From Octopus bimaculoides (Eukaryota), in the NCBI RefSeq assembly GCF_001194135.2, contig NC_068985.1:108445252-108498374 (forward strand): DNA of 53,123 bases. The letters run 5' to 3'. A program made the translations under genes and the position numbers. The notes under the pieces are model-generated. The model worked only from the letters and a program-made list of their open reading frames with translations. It searched no databases and was not told the DNA's origin. Shown piece after piece: positions 24,144-38,240 of this stretch (position 1 is its first letter; every line of letters starts with the position of its first letter).

Positions 24144-24473
24144 CGTGCGGGCGCCCCAAGTGGGGCACTTAAATTTCTTCAACTCTGTAACAATAATAAC
24201 CAGAAATCTAGTTGTGGTTGAAAGATTATATTCTGGAACGAGAAGCTGTGTCACAAATTATAGCCACTCAGGAATAAAGCATAAAAACGAGAATGATAAA
24301 GAGAAGAATTCTTACAATTCACACAGCAAACGCTGAATGTGTGGAAAACAGGATGAAAGTATTAACTGTATTCTAAACGAGTGTAGTAAGTTAGTAAAAA
24401 GAAAAAAAGCGTAAAAGAGTCGATTGCGTTGGTAAGAGTGAGCACGAGTGCGCACGCGAACACATACATGTAT

Positions 24474-24602
24474 ATACGACGGCTTCCACACGGTTTTCGT
24501 TTACTAATTTCCGTCACAAGGCATTGGTTGAAGAAGACCTTAAGTGCCACAAATAGGAACTAAACCGGAATCCATTTAGTTTCTTAACCACACAGCCATA
24601 CC
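24474..24602 (-). mobile_element. Old family-C-related SINE 5' part
   Basis: Reverse complement ggtatggctgtgtggttaagaa ... ccttgtgacggaaattagtaaacgaaaaccgtgtggaagccgtcgtata. Confidence 0.6.
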
Positions 24603-27600
24603 AGTACTCATTATTTCGTTTAAGCTGGGAATAATATTGATATTCATGTTCTTCTTATTAAGTCTGTGATGACTAGATTTGCATTTTTATTTTAAATTAC
24701 TGCCGCTAGTTTATCGCTTTTTTGTTTGTTTCTTTTTGCTTCAGATGGTTTTACATTGTTTTAATTATTTCTGTTCAAGATTTCCTCTAATTATTTCTAC
24801 AATAAAAGTGTCATGTTCACAATTTCCTTCGACTTTAGACTATTTTATTCTTAAATTTTCTCGTTCTCTTGATTTATCTTTGTGTGTGGATCTAGATCAG
24901 TTTTTATTGTTCAGTATATTGTAAATGCTGTGTGTTTCATGACTTTGTTTGTTATGCCAGTATTTAGATATACCTTTGAGATCTACGTTGTCAAGGTATT
25001 TTTAAAAATTTATATTTGATGTTTGCGTTCGCTATTTATTCTATTTCTTTCGTTTTCTATTTTGATCTGTGATGTTTTTTGGATTGAAAAAGTATATCCG
25101 TTTAAATTAGCTGCTCTGTTGGGATCCAAAGTTCAATATAAAGCCATATTTTCCGTCTTAAATTTTAGACGAGTATTTTGTGGTGGTTTCTATTTGAGGG
25201 TTGAACATGGTTGTAAAATATACATGTAGAATACAAACATAATCCGCCCCTGTCCATTTATTGGTCTGTAAAGATTCAACGTTATATATAGATATGTATT
25301 TTACTCCTTAAAATCTTATACAAGTAAATTCTTGCAGCTTCGATTTAAGGGTTGAATATGGTTGCAAAATATACAAACATATTCTGCTCATGTCCAGTTG
25401 CGCCTTCTCTATTTTAAAAGATAATCTTGAAAGTAATTTCTCGCCCATTGCTTAGAGTTTCATCAATTACGCTCGGTGTTGGTTCGTTTATTATTGGCAA
25501 AGTCGAGCTTGGTACCTTTTTGATTTATTTCCTTTTCTTAATTTTGGGTTAAATAATACAGCCTTACACTGTATTGTTTGCTATTTTCTATCTGTGGGAG
25601 TAGAGTATTGGTTTGATGCTGATATGGAGCGTGCTTGCTGCAACAGTCAGCTTATACGTGTTGTTAGATGACTGATCAATATGAAATGTTATAAGATAAT
25701 GATCAGTAGATGATACAATTATTACTTACACAGTTAACCTTCAATATGTTTGTCTTATTTATTTGTTTATTTTGCAATTTCATTTCTTATCTTGTAATCG
25801 TTCTTCTCGGATAGTTTTTTCCGTTTCTTACTGGCACTTGTTAGATGCTATTGCACACCAATACTGAATAACAATCACCAGTCGTCACATCCCCACTGCG
25901 AAAGGGATTAATTACATCAATTTTTCCTTTATCATAAATAGCAGTACTGATTTTGGTACGCTGTGGACTCTTTAGTCCTAACTTACACGCGTATTGACCA
26001 AGCGTTGAAATAACAACTGGGGTTGTTTGAGGTTTCAATGTTTCCGGTAGTAAGTTACTGTGTTTGATTTATTCATTACTGTGTGCAAGGTTTCTGCCAA
26101 CTGGTGCACAGGCTTATATCATTTACCAGAATAGATATTTGCTATTTACTGGATATGACTAAACTACATTCGGCAGATGAGCTCAAGTTTGGGAGTTCCA
26201 GAGTATTGAAGAGTGTGGAACCACCTCTTAGTCAATATTCTTTCCAGATCTTCTCTAACCAGGAGTAGTAGCACCTGTCAGAATCCCGGCTATCGGTTTA
26301 GTAGAATGTCACGGAATTATCTCTGGAAGAAGGCCCCTTACAGACATCCCAACGAAATCAGGACAGATGATGTTCTCCAGCTATTTAGTTCCTAATCTAA
26401 GAGAAAGTAGCTCTGTACAAATTCTGCATCCTAATGACTATTTGGCTCGTAGCACTTGTTGCACCAGACCAGTGCAAGTTTGAGAAACAAGAGAGCGAAA
26501 CTAGCTCTGCAAATTCATCGTGCAGAATATTCAGGAAACCAAGACACTAGTACCCATACCATCACCCTTATCGCTATCCCTAAGAGTAATACCTTTTAAA
26601 ACCTTCATAAGGTGCCAGGTAGAGAGACTGACAAAACTTTTGTGGTTGCCCAACACGTTACTCGGTTTAACACTATCATCTGGTGGTGATAACATTAATC
26701 TATGACAACCAGGTAATATTTTTGGAAAGGAGTCTGTTCCTGGCAACAAATACCCTATCATTTTGTCCCTCAGAATTTGAGCTGCAGTGCGTTACGTTAA
26801 GCATCGAATGCATAAATTTCTCCTGTCACAAACGCACGAAAGGTGCTTGGACGCTTTGCTTCTGATTACTTTGTAAATGTCAGTTTACATGTTCAGGTTT
26901 GTCTAATAATGGATATCCCTCTGATTTACCAAGCGTAAAACCTTTATCTTATTTTTGCTTGATTATAAAATTGTTAACATATCTATTCATTCATAATATG
27001 CGTTGGCAGATTCAGACGTTAATATCTGATAGCTGTTGCTTATTTGAGTCGTTGAAAGTCTTCTCCTCCCTTGTGACGATGTGCATTCTAAAAGAAAGCA
27101 TACTCCGATAGCGAATCAACGTCGATCAGATGTTTACGTTCAAATCTACTACAACGTATTAAAAGTGAATAGATAATTTACTGTTTGGATTCTCGCTATT
27201 CTGCGTGCACCCCATGAATTATTATCTAATTGGCAGACATCAGTACTAATCAGCAAATAATTTGTTTGCTGATCCCTATAAACATGAGCTTGTTCTCTTG
27301 TCAGAGTTATCTATCAGGGAGGATAGCTTTGACTGTTGAGACACGATAAGTTCAAAATATCGCAGTCTCAAACACCTTTACACCAGTGAATCGGCGAATC
27401 ACGTGTGTTATCAAAACACATCGTCTAATGGAAGCATAGGCAACCGTTTTCGAGAAGTGGGCAGCATAACATATGGCTCGTCTTCAGGCGGGCCGTACCA
27501 CTAAAAGTTTTAATAAGGTTTCTTTCCTCGTGAAATTAGGCGTGCATTTTTGAAAGTCTCGCGGGCCGTAAATGCCTATGACTGGTCTAAACTGAGGTGG

Positions 27601-28396
27601 TGCTATCAACAACAGCTATCAGAACTTCACCTTCGACTCTGTCAGAACCTATTACGAATGAATAAATATGTCAATGTTTGTATCCTCGCTGTTCTGTGTT
27701 ATACGTCATGAATTATTAAAAAAAGAATGTTTGCAGTCGTATATTCTTGTTTCCGGATTTCACACTGTGCTACAGCTATCGAACTATCTTAGTTGTTTTA
27801 CATACTCTCGTTACGAAGATCGCTTTGCTACTATATAAGTTTTGGCTTTCAATCACATTGCACGGTACCTTAGACAAACTTTTGCGCAATCGTTCTAGCC
27901 ACTGTTTGATTAAAATCCTATAAGTAGGATTTTTGGTAGACAAGAATTTTGTGGAACAGTGGCTCCTTCGATGTACGGAATCTACCACGACACATCGTAC
28001 GACAGCCTCAACTGACACCCGTTATGTGACATTAGTGTCGATTCCACTCTGTATTCAACATTCGGACTAGTATTCCAGTCTAAGAAGAACGTAGTTTCTT
28101 CCTTTCATCAGTCTCAGAGAATGTTTTTAACGATTTTGCCCCATACAAGGTTTGAGGTTATTTTAGTGTAAGAAACCACAAAGAAAGAAAAGAAGGGACC
28201 TATAAATTCAAAAGATGTCGATTAACATAATGCCCAAATGACTGAATATGACAGACCAAAGAAAAACAAAACGATGCTAGTAAAGTTTCTAAGAAAATAA
28301 TCTATTAGAATAAAAGGACTTGAGCCTAATATGAAGCTCAACAGAGAAACGATGCGTTTGGGAAGAGAAGCGAGTGACACATTTAAAGGTCTAGAC

Positions 28397-28740
28397 CAGT
28401 GGTTCTCAACCATTCTTTACCAATGGGCCCCTTTGATTCCCATTTTATCATGGTGCCCACCCCCCCATAGCCATTCGATGTTTTAAAGCTAATTCTATAG
28501 ATACTTCTTTCAAAATTCCTATTTTGTTTTTCCCGCATTCACTTAGGTAGGTTGAACTATGCAAAATGTTAGAGAAAGAATCCTAGCTGTTTCTTGCAAC
28601 GAATACATATAAAGCAAAAATTTGCCATGGATCCTTAATATACTGCTGTGGCTCTCCAATTTGCTATTTTGCTTCTGTGGATCCACCAAAATATTATGTG
28701 GATACCCTGGGATCATATGGACCACGATTGAAAACTACTG
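28397..28740. mobile_element. hAT (Charlie-like) MITE, 344 bp
   Basis: Terminal inverted repeats CAGTGGTTCTCAACC / GATTGAAAACTACTG, with an imperfect 8-bp duplication gtctagac / gtcttagc matching the TCTAGA-type target. Confidence 0.8.
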
Positions 28741-30152
28741 GTCTTAGCAGAAGATACTAGAACACAAAGTTCATCAGAGCAATGACAAAAAAAAAAAAAT
28801 ACTGATAGAAAAGACAAAACAGATGGGCAATAGTTTTTACTATAATACATTCTAAACTTGATAAATACTTCATTGATAGTCGATGCAATATCCCTTATCT
28901 ACATTTAGTAATTGTGTCATACACATCTTGGAATTTCAAAATAGAAAAAAATGATAATAGTAGGCTTCTTGCTCACTAATCTTGCTAATTATTTATTTCA
29001 CTTGTTTAACGTTTGATGATATTTATTAATCGTTAACTGGATCTGCAAGTGGGGCAAATACTCCAGTAACTCATAAAATTGAGGGAAATTTGACTGCTAT
29101 TTTTAGCAAACTGAATTTCTCTATTGCTCCACAATGCCTATTGAGTCATCTGCAGCTGGTTGAACAGCATGTCGTCTTTATGACTTTTATAACTGGGTTC
29201 CACTTTATTAGTGTCATAATAAATACTGCGTTTATTGAGTTGTTTATTGTTCTACAGATGAAAAAGGAACTAAGACAAGAGAAAAATGTAAATGGAGAAT
29301 CGGGGGAAAACACTGAGTGACAGAGAGAGACGAAACTCTGTATGCGTATATTTGTATATGTGTGTTGTATATATATATATATATATATATATNNNNNNNN
29401 NNNNNNNNNNNNNNNNNNNNNNNNNNNNNNNNNNNNNNNNNNNNNNNNNNNNNNNNNNNNNNNNNNNNNNNNNNNNNNNNNNNNNNNNNNNNNNNNNNNN
29501 NNNNNNNNNNNNNNNNNNNNNNNNNNNNNNNNNNNNNNNNNNNNNNNNNNNNNNNNNNNNNNNNNNNNNNNNNNNNNNNNNNNNNNNNNNNNNNNNNNNN
29601 NNNNNNNNNNNNNNNNNNNNNNNNNNNNNNNNNNNNNNNNNNNNNNNNNNNNNNNNNNNNNNNNNNNNNNNNNNNNNNNNNNNNNNNNNNNNNNNNNNNN
29701 NNNNNNNNNNNNNNNNNNNNNNNNNNNNNNNNNNNNNNNNNNNNNNNNNNNNNNNNNNNNNNNNNNNNNNNNNNNNNNNNNNNNNNNNNNNNNNNNNNNN
29801 NNNNNNNNNNNNNNNNNNNNNNNNNNNNNNNNNNNNNNNNNNNNNNNNNNNNNNNNNNNNNNNNNNNNNNNNNNNNNNNNNNNNNNNNNNNNNNNNNNNN
29901 NNNNNNNNNNNNNNNNNNNNNNNNNNNNNNNNNNNNNNNNNNNNNNNNNNNNNNNNNNNNNNNNNNNNNNNNNNNNNNNNNNNNNNNNNNNNNNNNNNNN
30001 NNNNNNNNNNNNNNNNNNNNNNNNNNNNNNNNNNNNNNNNNNNNNNNNNNNNNNNNNNNNNNNNNNNNNNNNNNNNNNNNNNNNNNNNNNNNNNNNNNNN
30101 NNNNNNNNNNNNNNNNNNNNNNNNNNNNNNNNNNNNNNNNNNNNNNNNNNNN

Positions 30153-30212
<60 letters not shown>

Positions 30213-30368
30213 TGTATGTATATGTCTACACGTACACATACACTTGTAAAAACTGGACACAGTAAAACCGAGAGTACTAGTGCGAATGAAGGAGTATAGA
30301 AGTGGTTTTCATCAAAACAGAAGTGAGTTTCTTTGGAATACATATATTTGAAATCCACTCGAAGTTAC

Positions 30369-30420
30369 AGGTGGTGATTGTAATTGCAAATACTAGCCAA
30401 GAAGTTGCTGTTGGCGCCAT
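30369..30420 (-). CDS. Candidate first (signal-peptide) exon
   Basis: gtaaaATGG start context, MAPTATSWLVFAITITT, phase 1 donor CCT|gtaact (moderate), and a TATA-like TTTATAAG about 70 nt upstream. Confidence 0.3.
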
Positions 30421-31127
30421 TTTACTTCAGTTAGAATCACATTGTTGTTTTCTCGGTTTTTACGGTGGAGTTGTTATAGTGGATTCCTTATAAATGCGTC
30501 TCTCCATTTCTAACACTGTATGTGTGCATGTGCATGCATGTGTTCTTGAGCGTGTGTATGAGTATGCATCACTCCCTCTACCTATGGATCCATAACACTG
30601 TGTGCATATATTTTCAGTCTGTGCTATATCTTTTTGAGTCCGTTTGTATAAGTATGTTTGTATGTATATATGTATGTATATACGTATCTGTCTGTAAATA
30701 CGTCCTTTTTCTAAGTACGCCTCACTATATATCTTCTGTGTGTGTGTGTTTGTGTGCCTATGATTCTGTTTAGAGTAAACGTTTCTATTAATTTAATAGT
30801 GTAGGATGGAGTGATTGACATGAATACGTCAAAGGTACTTTAGTTACCGGAATGATTGATTTTACTCTCCTCTAAGAAAACATTTTTTCCCTTTACAATA
30901 TATAACTTAATTGTTTTTAAAAGCGTTATATTTAAATTTACTTTCATTTATCTAGAATCATAAAATGAATTCACGTAACGTTATTTAATATATAAACAAA
31001 ACAATCAAGTAGCTACTGTTGTTTATGTAATTGACGGTTATATGACTTGGAACTATTATATTAAATCTGATTCTTGCTGTTAACTATTCTCTCAATATTT
31101 GATTGATAGCAAAAATTGCAAGTTCTG

Positions 31128-31345
31128 AGAGCCGACTAAAGTCTCATGAGTGAATTTAGAAGACAGAAAGAGATAGAAGCCCATCATATGTGTGTGTGTG
31201 TGCGTGTGTATCTCTTTGTGATTGTGTTTCTCCTCCACTAACGCTTATTAACCGTTGTTGGTATGTTTACGGTCTTTTAACTTAGAAGATCGGCAATAAG
31301 AGTCAGCAGAATAGGTACTACACTTAAGAAAATCTTGGGGTGCAT
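31128..31345 (+). mobile_element. Old SINE family C 3' portion
   Basis: gccgactaaagtctcatgagtgaatttag...gaagcccatcata(tg)n...cggcaataagag matches the family C body. Confidence 0.6.
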
Positions 31346-31654
31346 TCTATCTTTATTATGAGTGGTCTTCATTATAAGTGAGATGAATGCATCCTGACCT
31401 AATTTAGATTGTTTCTACTACTAAGTTTATAAAATAATTTATTTCCTTAAATTCTAAAGAGGTCATTTTAAGGTCAAACGATACCAGAATTATAGCCATA
31501 TTGTATTTCATAGAAATTTTTACTGTCATGTATCCTAAAATTTTATGATCTCACATCTACAATATACTTTAAGCAGAACTATCTAACACTGGTTCTAATA
31601 GTTCATCTCACCGGCCTGTATGAGTAAAATCTTGAACAAAGCCGCAAAGGTATG

Positions 31655-31697
<43 letters not shown>

Positions 31698-34429
31698 CAT
31701 ACACATATACATGTATATATATANNNNNNNNNNNNNNNNNNNNNNNNNNNNNNNNNNNNNNNNNNNNNNNNNNNNNNNNNNNNNNNNNNNNNNNNNNNNN
31801 NNNNNNNNNNNNNNNNNNNNNNNNNNNNNNNNNNNNNNNNNNNNNNNNNNNNNNNNNNNNNNNNNNNNNNNNNNNNNNNNNNNNNNNNNNNNNNNNNNNN
31901 NNNNNNNNNNNNNNNNNNNNNNNNNNNNNNNNNNNNNNNNNNNNNNNNNNNNNNNNNNNNNNNNNNNNNNNNNNNNNNNNNATATATATATATATATATA
32001 AAGAAATACAGACACTCGCACACATATTGATAAACACGTACACACATGCATGCATATACATCACACAAGAGCGCACAAATCTAGCTGTAAAAGTATGTGT
32101 GTAATAAAGCAAAACTAATGACCCCAAGTTGAAGTGTCTAACGTAAACATTTGATGATCAGCTGATCTTATCTATCCGATATAGAACATATTTTTTCTAA
32201 CCCGAGAGTAAAACAAAATCCCTTTTGTTGTATCCTTTTGTTGCTAATCTTTTAATCTGAAGCCTTAATCATTCTTAAGCTTTTTTTAATGTTTCACTCC
32301 CCTTTGTCACACCTCACTCATTCTCTCTCTCTGTACACGCACAAAATCACTCACTCACACACATGCACACGCGCGCACGCGCACACACACACATACACAC
32401 ACACAGATATATACATATACTTACATCCCCCCTCACATATACACCTACTCACCTCCACACACACACACATATACATTCACACATAATCATATACCTGAGT
32501 ATTTGTATCGCAATGAATACAAGCATTATCGAAAATCTATTCAAGATTAAGCGGATGCAATAATAATACCATCATCAACAATAATAATACTACCAACAAC
32601 AACAAGAACAGCAACAACAAGAACAAAAACAGCAACAACAATAACAACAAAAGATATTGAAGATGATAATAGTAATGATGAAGAAAGGTTTCGAGTTACA
32701 ATTTCTCAAAGAAAAAAATAAATATTATTTTCCATGTTATGTATCGGTGGTTTAGTATTTGTTGCTCAACATGTTTAATTCGCTAGTGTAAGTTTTGAAA
32801 CAACAATGTTCTTTTTGGAGAAATTCTTTTGTTTGTAGGTTCTACCTTTGAAATTTATGCTTTGTAGCAGTCGGTCTAATTTAATTTTATTTTTAATCTA
32901 TCTTTGTAGCTGTGATGCTAAACTGGTGTAGACACAATGGGTATATTACGTTAATGTGTCATTCATGCTACTTCTCTATTAATTACCAGTGAGCTTTGAC
33001 ACCACTAGATTGAATTGTACTTCCCAGGTGTCGAAAGCATAATGATATGCGTTAGGCAGCTGATGATATCAACATATATTTGATATACCTTTTTATCTTT
33101 TATATCTTAAGGCTTCGCTGTTCTGAATTATCCTCAATTCACGTAAGGTTGACTGTGTTAAAGGGATATGTATATATATATTAATTAAAATTTAAATAAC
33201 AAGGGTAACATACTGAATATTAATTTGAGTAATATCAATTTAAAACCAGTGGCCTAGCATTTACGTAAGTAATTTTGGTTGCTGGCGAAACCGGTCTACA
33301 ATTAATTCTTTATATTTTGCATATTTTCATTTCTCCTGCTCGCTTACGTTCTGGTGCTTGCTGAATTTTCTTGAGAACAATCTTTAGTGATCAGATTGTT
33401 GGTGATCTTCTTCTAGTATAATGGATGTTCACTTAGTGGTTATCCCTATTATATGTATGTAATGTAATTTTTTCTGAATTGCAGGTACATATTGGAACTA
33501 CAATGCAATATGAGTTCCGAAAGACCGATAAATAACACAACACAGTAGATTTCATGTATTTCGTTCATTAAGCTACACTACTGTATGGTGTATGTCTTAA
33601 CATTTACTGTATGTATTTTAATATGATTGCATATGCTTTCATTCTTATTTATTGTACAGGAACATGATCTTATGTGCGTTTAACGGTTATCTGGTGATCT
33701 TACGACTCCAATATTTGTGGCAGGTAAAGTCGAGTAAAATGACTTAGCCTGATTTTTTTCCCCATATATTATTTTTGAAAACCGACGTATAATCGAGAGC
33801 CACTTATATCGAAACGACTTAAACCGAGGTATGCCTTTACTAAGATTCAAAAATATATAGTCATTAGTGACGGAAGCAGTATTAGTACCAAGTAACTATC
33901 TATAATCTTTATATCCTAGGTAACATGGATATACTTTAAGAATGCCATGATACTGCAATATTCGCCCTGAGAAAGCATCTCGTATAGACCAATGACTGAA
34001 ACAAGTAAGTGATAATAAAAGAAAAACTTGTATTTTCATACGCACACATTAAAAAACATAAAAATATGTATAATATTTGTATGTGAGTATATTTATATAT
34101 TTAACTATTCGTTTGCTTGTCTTACTTCGTTTCTCGATCCATGTATCTCAATGAATTTTCTCTCTTTCACTATCTATAGCTTCATCGCCTTTGTGTATGG
34201 ATTATAAAACCCGCCTGTAAGAACCAGGGATTATTATAAGAATTAAAGCCAACCCTTTTTTTTTTGTCTCGGCAGATAATGGTGTGATGTTTAAGGGATA
34301 AGTAGTTTTAGATTCAGCACTTTAATTGCCGTCGAATTTTTGTCGTACATCGTCTCTGAATTGAAAAATTACCGATGTCAAGTCATGTACGGACAAACAG
34401 ATACACAAACCCGAAGACATACAAATATA

Positions 34430-34945
34430 TACGACGAGCTTCTCATAATTTACATCTACCAAATTCATCCACAAGGCACTGGGCGGCTCGGAACTATAGT
34501 AAAAAGTATTTGTTCAGAATGGACCCGTTGAATTGAAACCGAAAACGTGGTTCTGCAGCGAATATTTTAACCACACAGCCATGTCTGCGCATGCGCACAT
34601 ATTATTAGATAACTTTATTATCACGATTATATATTTGCAACGTGAGCACTCATGTGACAAATTCGGATTTTGCATAATGAAACGATATAATGCGTTACAT
34701 TATATTAAGTACGTGAGTATTTAAGGCGGCGAATCGGCCGAATCATTAGCACCCCAGACAAAATGCTTAGCGGCATATCTTCCGTCTTTTCGTTCTGAGT
34801 TCACAATCCGCGCAGGTCAACATTACCTTTCATCCTCTCGGGGTCTATACCATAAGTTCCAGTTAAGTTAGTGGGAGGTGGTGTCTATACGATCCACTTC
34901 CCTGCCTCAAAAATTACTGGTCTTGCGCCAAAATTTGAACTGTTA
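34430..34945. mobile_element. Family-C-related SINE (minus, 34430-34592) and family A SINE (plus, 34724-34945)
   Basis: gcgcagacatggctgtgtggttaaa head on the minus strand; aaggcggcgaatcggccgaatcattagcac head on the plus strand. Confidence 0.7.
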
Positions 34946-35388
34946 ATTGCTTGAGTATTTAACAGGTCCTTCACTAAGAGGTTGAGCACTTGAAAATGCT
35001 GATGATTACCAGTAATTTGCTATGAAGAATAACTTAAGTATATTCCACACATGTTTACAGTTTTAACAGTCTTTTTCGTTCTCCACGTTTATAAGAGACT
35101 CACCTCTACATTTCGTCTTTTCTTGAGAAATAAACAGATCAAAGTTACTTCAAATATTAAGCGCGTCCATAAAAAATTCTCTTTACTCCAACGAAGAACA
35201 GCAGAAACGAATTCATTTAGGTCTGAAGAATTTTAATTAGATATTTTTAATATCAACTTGCATAGATTTAATTGGCTGCTATATTATTTTTTATAGCGAA
35301 CTTATTTGTTCAGTCTTGTTGTAAATACACAGTTGCAATATCAAGTCGTCTTGTACATTCAACAATTTAGTAAATGTAAACATACATT

Positions 35389-35435
<47 letters not shown>

Positions 35436-35469
35436 CTGTCTATGTACATATGTGTATGTATGTACGAAA

Positions 35470-35523
<54 letters not shown>

Positions 35524-36759
35524 GCACACACACACACACACACGCGCGCGTGCACACACACTCATTTATATAGATATGCAAATATTTCTGTGTGTGTGGT
35601 GGGGAGGGTGAAATTAATCTCCCGATGATTACGCTTACACTAAAATCGCTTTAATCAAATAATAATCGACGAGAATAATTAAAATTAATCCCACAAAATA
35701 AAACCAATTTAGAATTACTTTAAATAATTTTAGAGAAATATTATCAAGAACGAATAGAATAGCTTTAATTTCGCTTTTTTTTTCCGGCATATATTTTTTC
35801 CAATAGTAATCAATTTAGTTGCCTCGGTGAACAAGTATACTTCTATCGACATACAGATGAATGTACAATTATTGTTGCTTGGAAAACTCTATATGGCGAC
35901 TAAACAAACAAATAAATAAACAAATAAATAAATCTTTTTCGGTGCTATTTTCATTGAGACATTTTCCGTTTCTTCACACATTTCTCTGTTCATTCGTTTT
36001 CGTATTTCCGTTGACGCCTGAATTCAATAAGATCATCCCCATTTAAGTCTTTTGAATGTGAATTTAATAACTCATATCAGCATTCTCGAACACAGGGCCT
36101 TTTCCGATGCTAGAACTTTCATCAATGATTTCGTTTAACGATTGCTAGTTACTATTAAAACCAAGATTTCACCGAGACAAAATAATTTCTGCCACACTCC
36201 TCTCATTTTCTCAAGACTCGTGAATATTTTCAATTGCATTTTTTTTTGTTACTAATTTTGTTTTACCAAAATTCTTGAAGTGTAATAAAATTTTCTCTTG
36301 TTGTAAATTATATTACGAATGAGAAAGTTCTTTGATTATTATATAGACTTGAATATCATTATTGTTCTTTGCAGTGGCGGCTCGTAGATAAAATTAGTGG
36401 GGGTGTTGCTTTAGAAAATTTTTAGCCGTTGTTTTAATAGTGTGTAAAAGGAAACAAACATATAAAAAAAATATTTATGCATAAACTTGATCGGTTCGCG
36501 GGTAGTGTGTTTAATTTGTTCACCGAACACCGCCTCGAATTCCCCTTTGTTTTTCAAAAATCCTCCCTAAATCACAAAATCGCCCTCGTCTTTAATTCCT
36601 TAAAACTCGACCCTCTATGAATCTTAGGGCTGTTAATCCTGCATATATATTTGTGTATATTTATTTATATATATGTGTGGGTTCACCTCTGTGTGTGCGC
36701 GTGTGTGTGTGCGTGCGCAAATCTAATCGACCAGGTATACATCACTTGTTGCAATGGGC

Positions 36760-38240
36760 TTCTATCTCCACTTGATTGTGTCCTTGTCAATTTGAGTCCG
36801 ACTTGTTTGACAATTAATAATAAGACTGAGGAATCTTTGAACCTGTTATTACAGACCAATACCTTCTCTGTGATATCCATCCACAATAAAAGTAAAGCAA
36901 ATGTGAAACAGTCTGATATTATAGATTTCTACCCGTCAATATCTGAATCCTTGCTGTGAGATACATTAAAATTGCACGCCAGTTTTAAGCCTCGATGACC
37001 AAGAAATACACCCCTTTATTTAGTGGCGAATCTATTTGGATTAAAAAAAAAGGTAACACTTTTGACATATCCAATGTCCCTGTGGGTTTCATCGTATTAC
37101 AGACACATGGAATTTGTTTGTTTTATATATATTAATCCATTTAGATTCAAAACTCCCCAACCACAATATCGATATATAATGTGGCTATCACAACTGTGTG
37201 ACACTGCTTTGGCAGTGTGACTCAGTTCTGATGGTCACGCAATGGATTCCTTCAAGAAATCGTTGATTCCAGCCAAGAATTTCTATTGCCACTAACCTGA
37301 GAAGAACTGACTTTTGAGATGTTTGTCTTGACCTCAAGACTAATTTCTATAAACCCTTCCATAAAACTAACAAAAATCCTAAAATATATTCATAAAATCT
37401 CTTGCCACTAACATATCATATTTGGGAACTCAATTCCTTATATTAGTCGCAGAGAAATGTTTAAACACATCTAGAGAAATATTTAAAAAGGCATCTCTAT
37501 ATAATAACAATGCTTTCCAGGAGAGCGGCTTTACTGATAAAATCTTTTATATCTCTCCACCGTCTCAACCATCTAGTCGTAAGAAAAGTCCCCACAGTAT
37601 TTTATGGTTCGCTCAGCCCCTATCCTTAAACGTTAGGATAAATACAGGTTGAAGCTCCTTACTCTTATTAGATAATTACTTTCCCAGAAACCATACTTAT
37701 AAAAAGATATTTAATAGGCACACAATTATAATCGTAAATACATATCCTTCTAATATAAAGGACTATACCAATAAGCAACAAATGAGTCTGTCATACCAAG
37801 GATGTTCACGCAAAGATAAATCTAAATGTCCTCTCGTACAGCCATGCGATTATCCTCCGTTGTTTATTAAGTACAGGTACTGACAAACTATGATATCAGC
37901 GAGACAAACCAAGCGTTATATAGTATCCGAGGAAGGAAAATTTAAGCCCACATAAACAGATTTCAGCCTTTAGACTTTAGACATCCTGAGAATTAATGTG
38001 GAGACATCTCGGAATTAATGTGGAGACTTAAGGACGAGAGCATTGACTATAACATCCAACAGAAAATCCTTTCTAACACAAAACCTTTTATTAACGGGTC
38101 AAAATGATGTTCCGTAATCTCGCGTGAAAACTTGCATCTCTAAAAAGAATTAAGAGCCTAAAGGGACTGCATAGATACTCGAAACATAAGTGCTCGGACT
38201 GCATGAATACTCATGCTGGTTTTTTGCTAAATACATCTCA
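36760..38240 (+). mobile_element. Second, unrelated Penelope-like element (possibly Naiad-type), degenerate RT plus GIY-YIG
   Basis: DIIDFYPSISESLL, FYKPFHKTNKNP, FKKASLYNNNAFQESGF, WFAQPLSLNVRINTG, YFPRNHTYKKIFN and KCPLVQPC motifs occur in the expected order. Confidence 0.85.

Noticed and set aside
25841-26060. About 75-codon open frame ...LKPQTTPVVISTLGQYACKLG...
   Set aside because: No recognisable motif and no convincing acceptor; the length is within chance expectation.
29244-30358. Long ORFs in the track spanning N-runs or dinucleotide repeats (also about 16000, 19500, 31600, 39100, 47000, 48600, 52000)
   Set aside because: These are artefacts of N gaps and of stop-free microsatellites (poly-YI, HT, RE, CV).
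31612-31654. Phase 0-to-1 exon candidate HTFAALFKILLIQA
   Set aside because: The acceptor sits on a (GT)n tract and it would need a further unseen start exon. It is not excluded but has no support.
33660-33723. Plus-strand AG...GT segment suggesting an antisense exon (also the acceptor at 1639 and donors at 2631 and 5152)
   Set aside because: These are isolated splice-like words that do not chain into a coherent reading frame; a non-coding antisense transcript cannot be judged from sequence alone.
38100-38110. In-frame TGA in the Penelope nuclease region as possible selenocysteine
   Set aside because: It precedes an intact TGT Cys at an expected Arg position (CGA-to-TGA decay is the simpler explanation), and the copy has many other stops.
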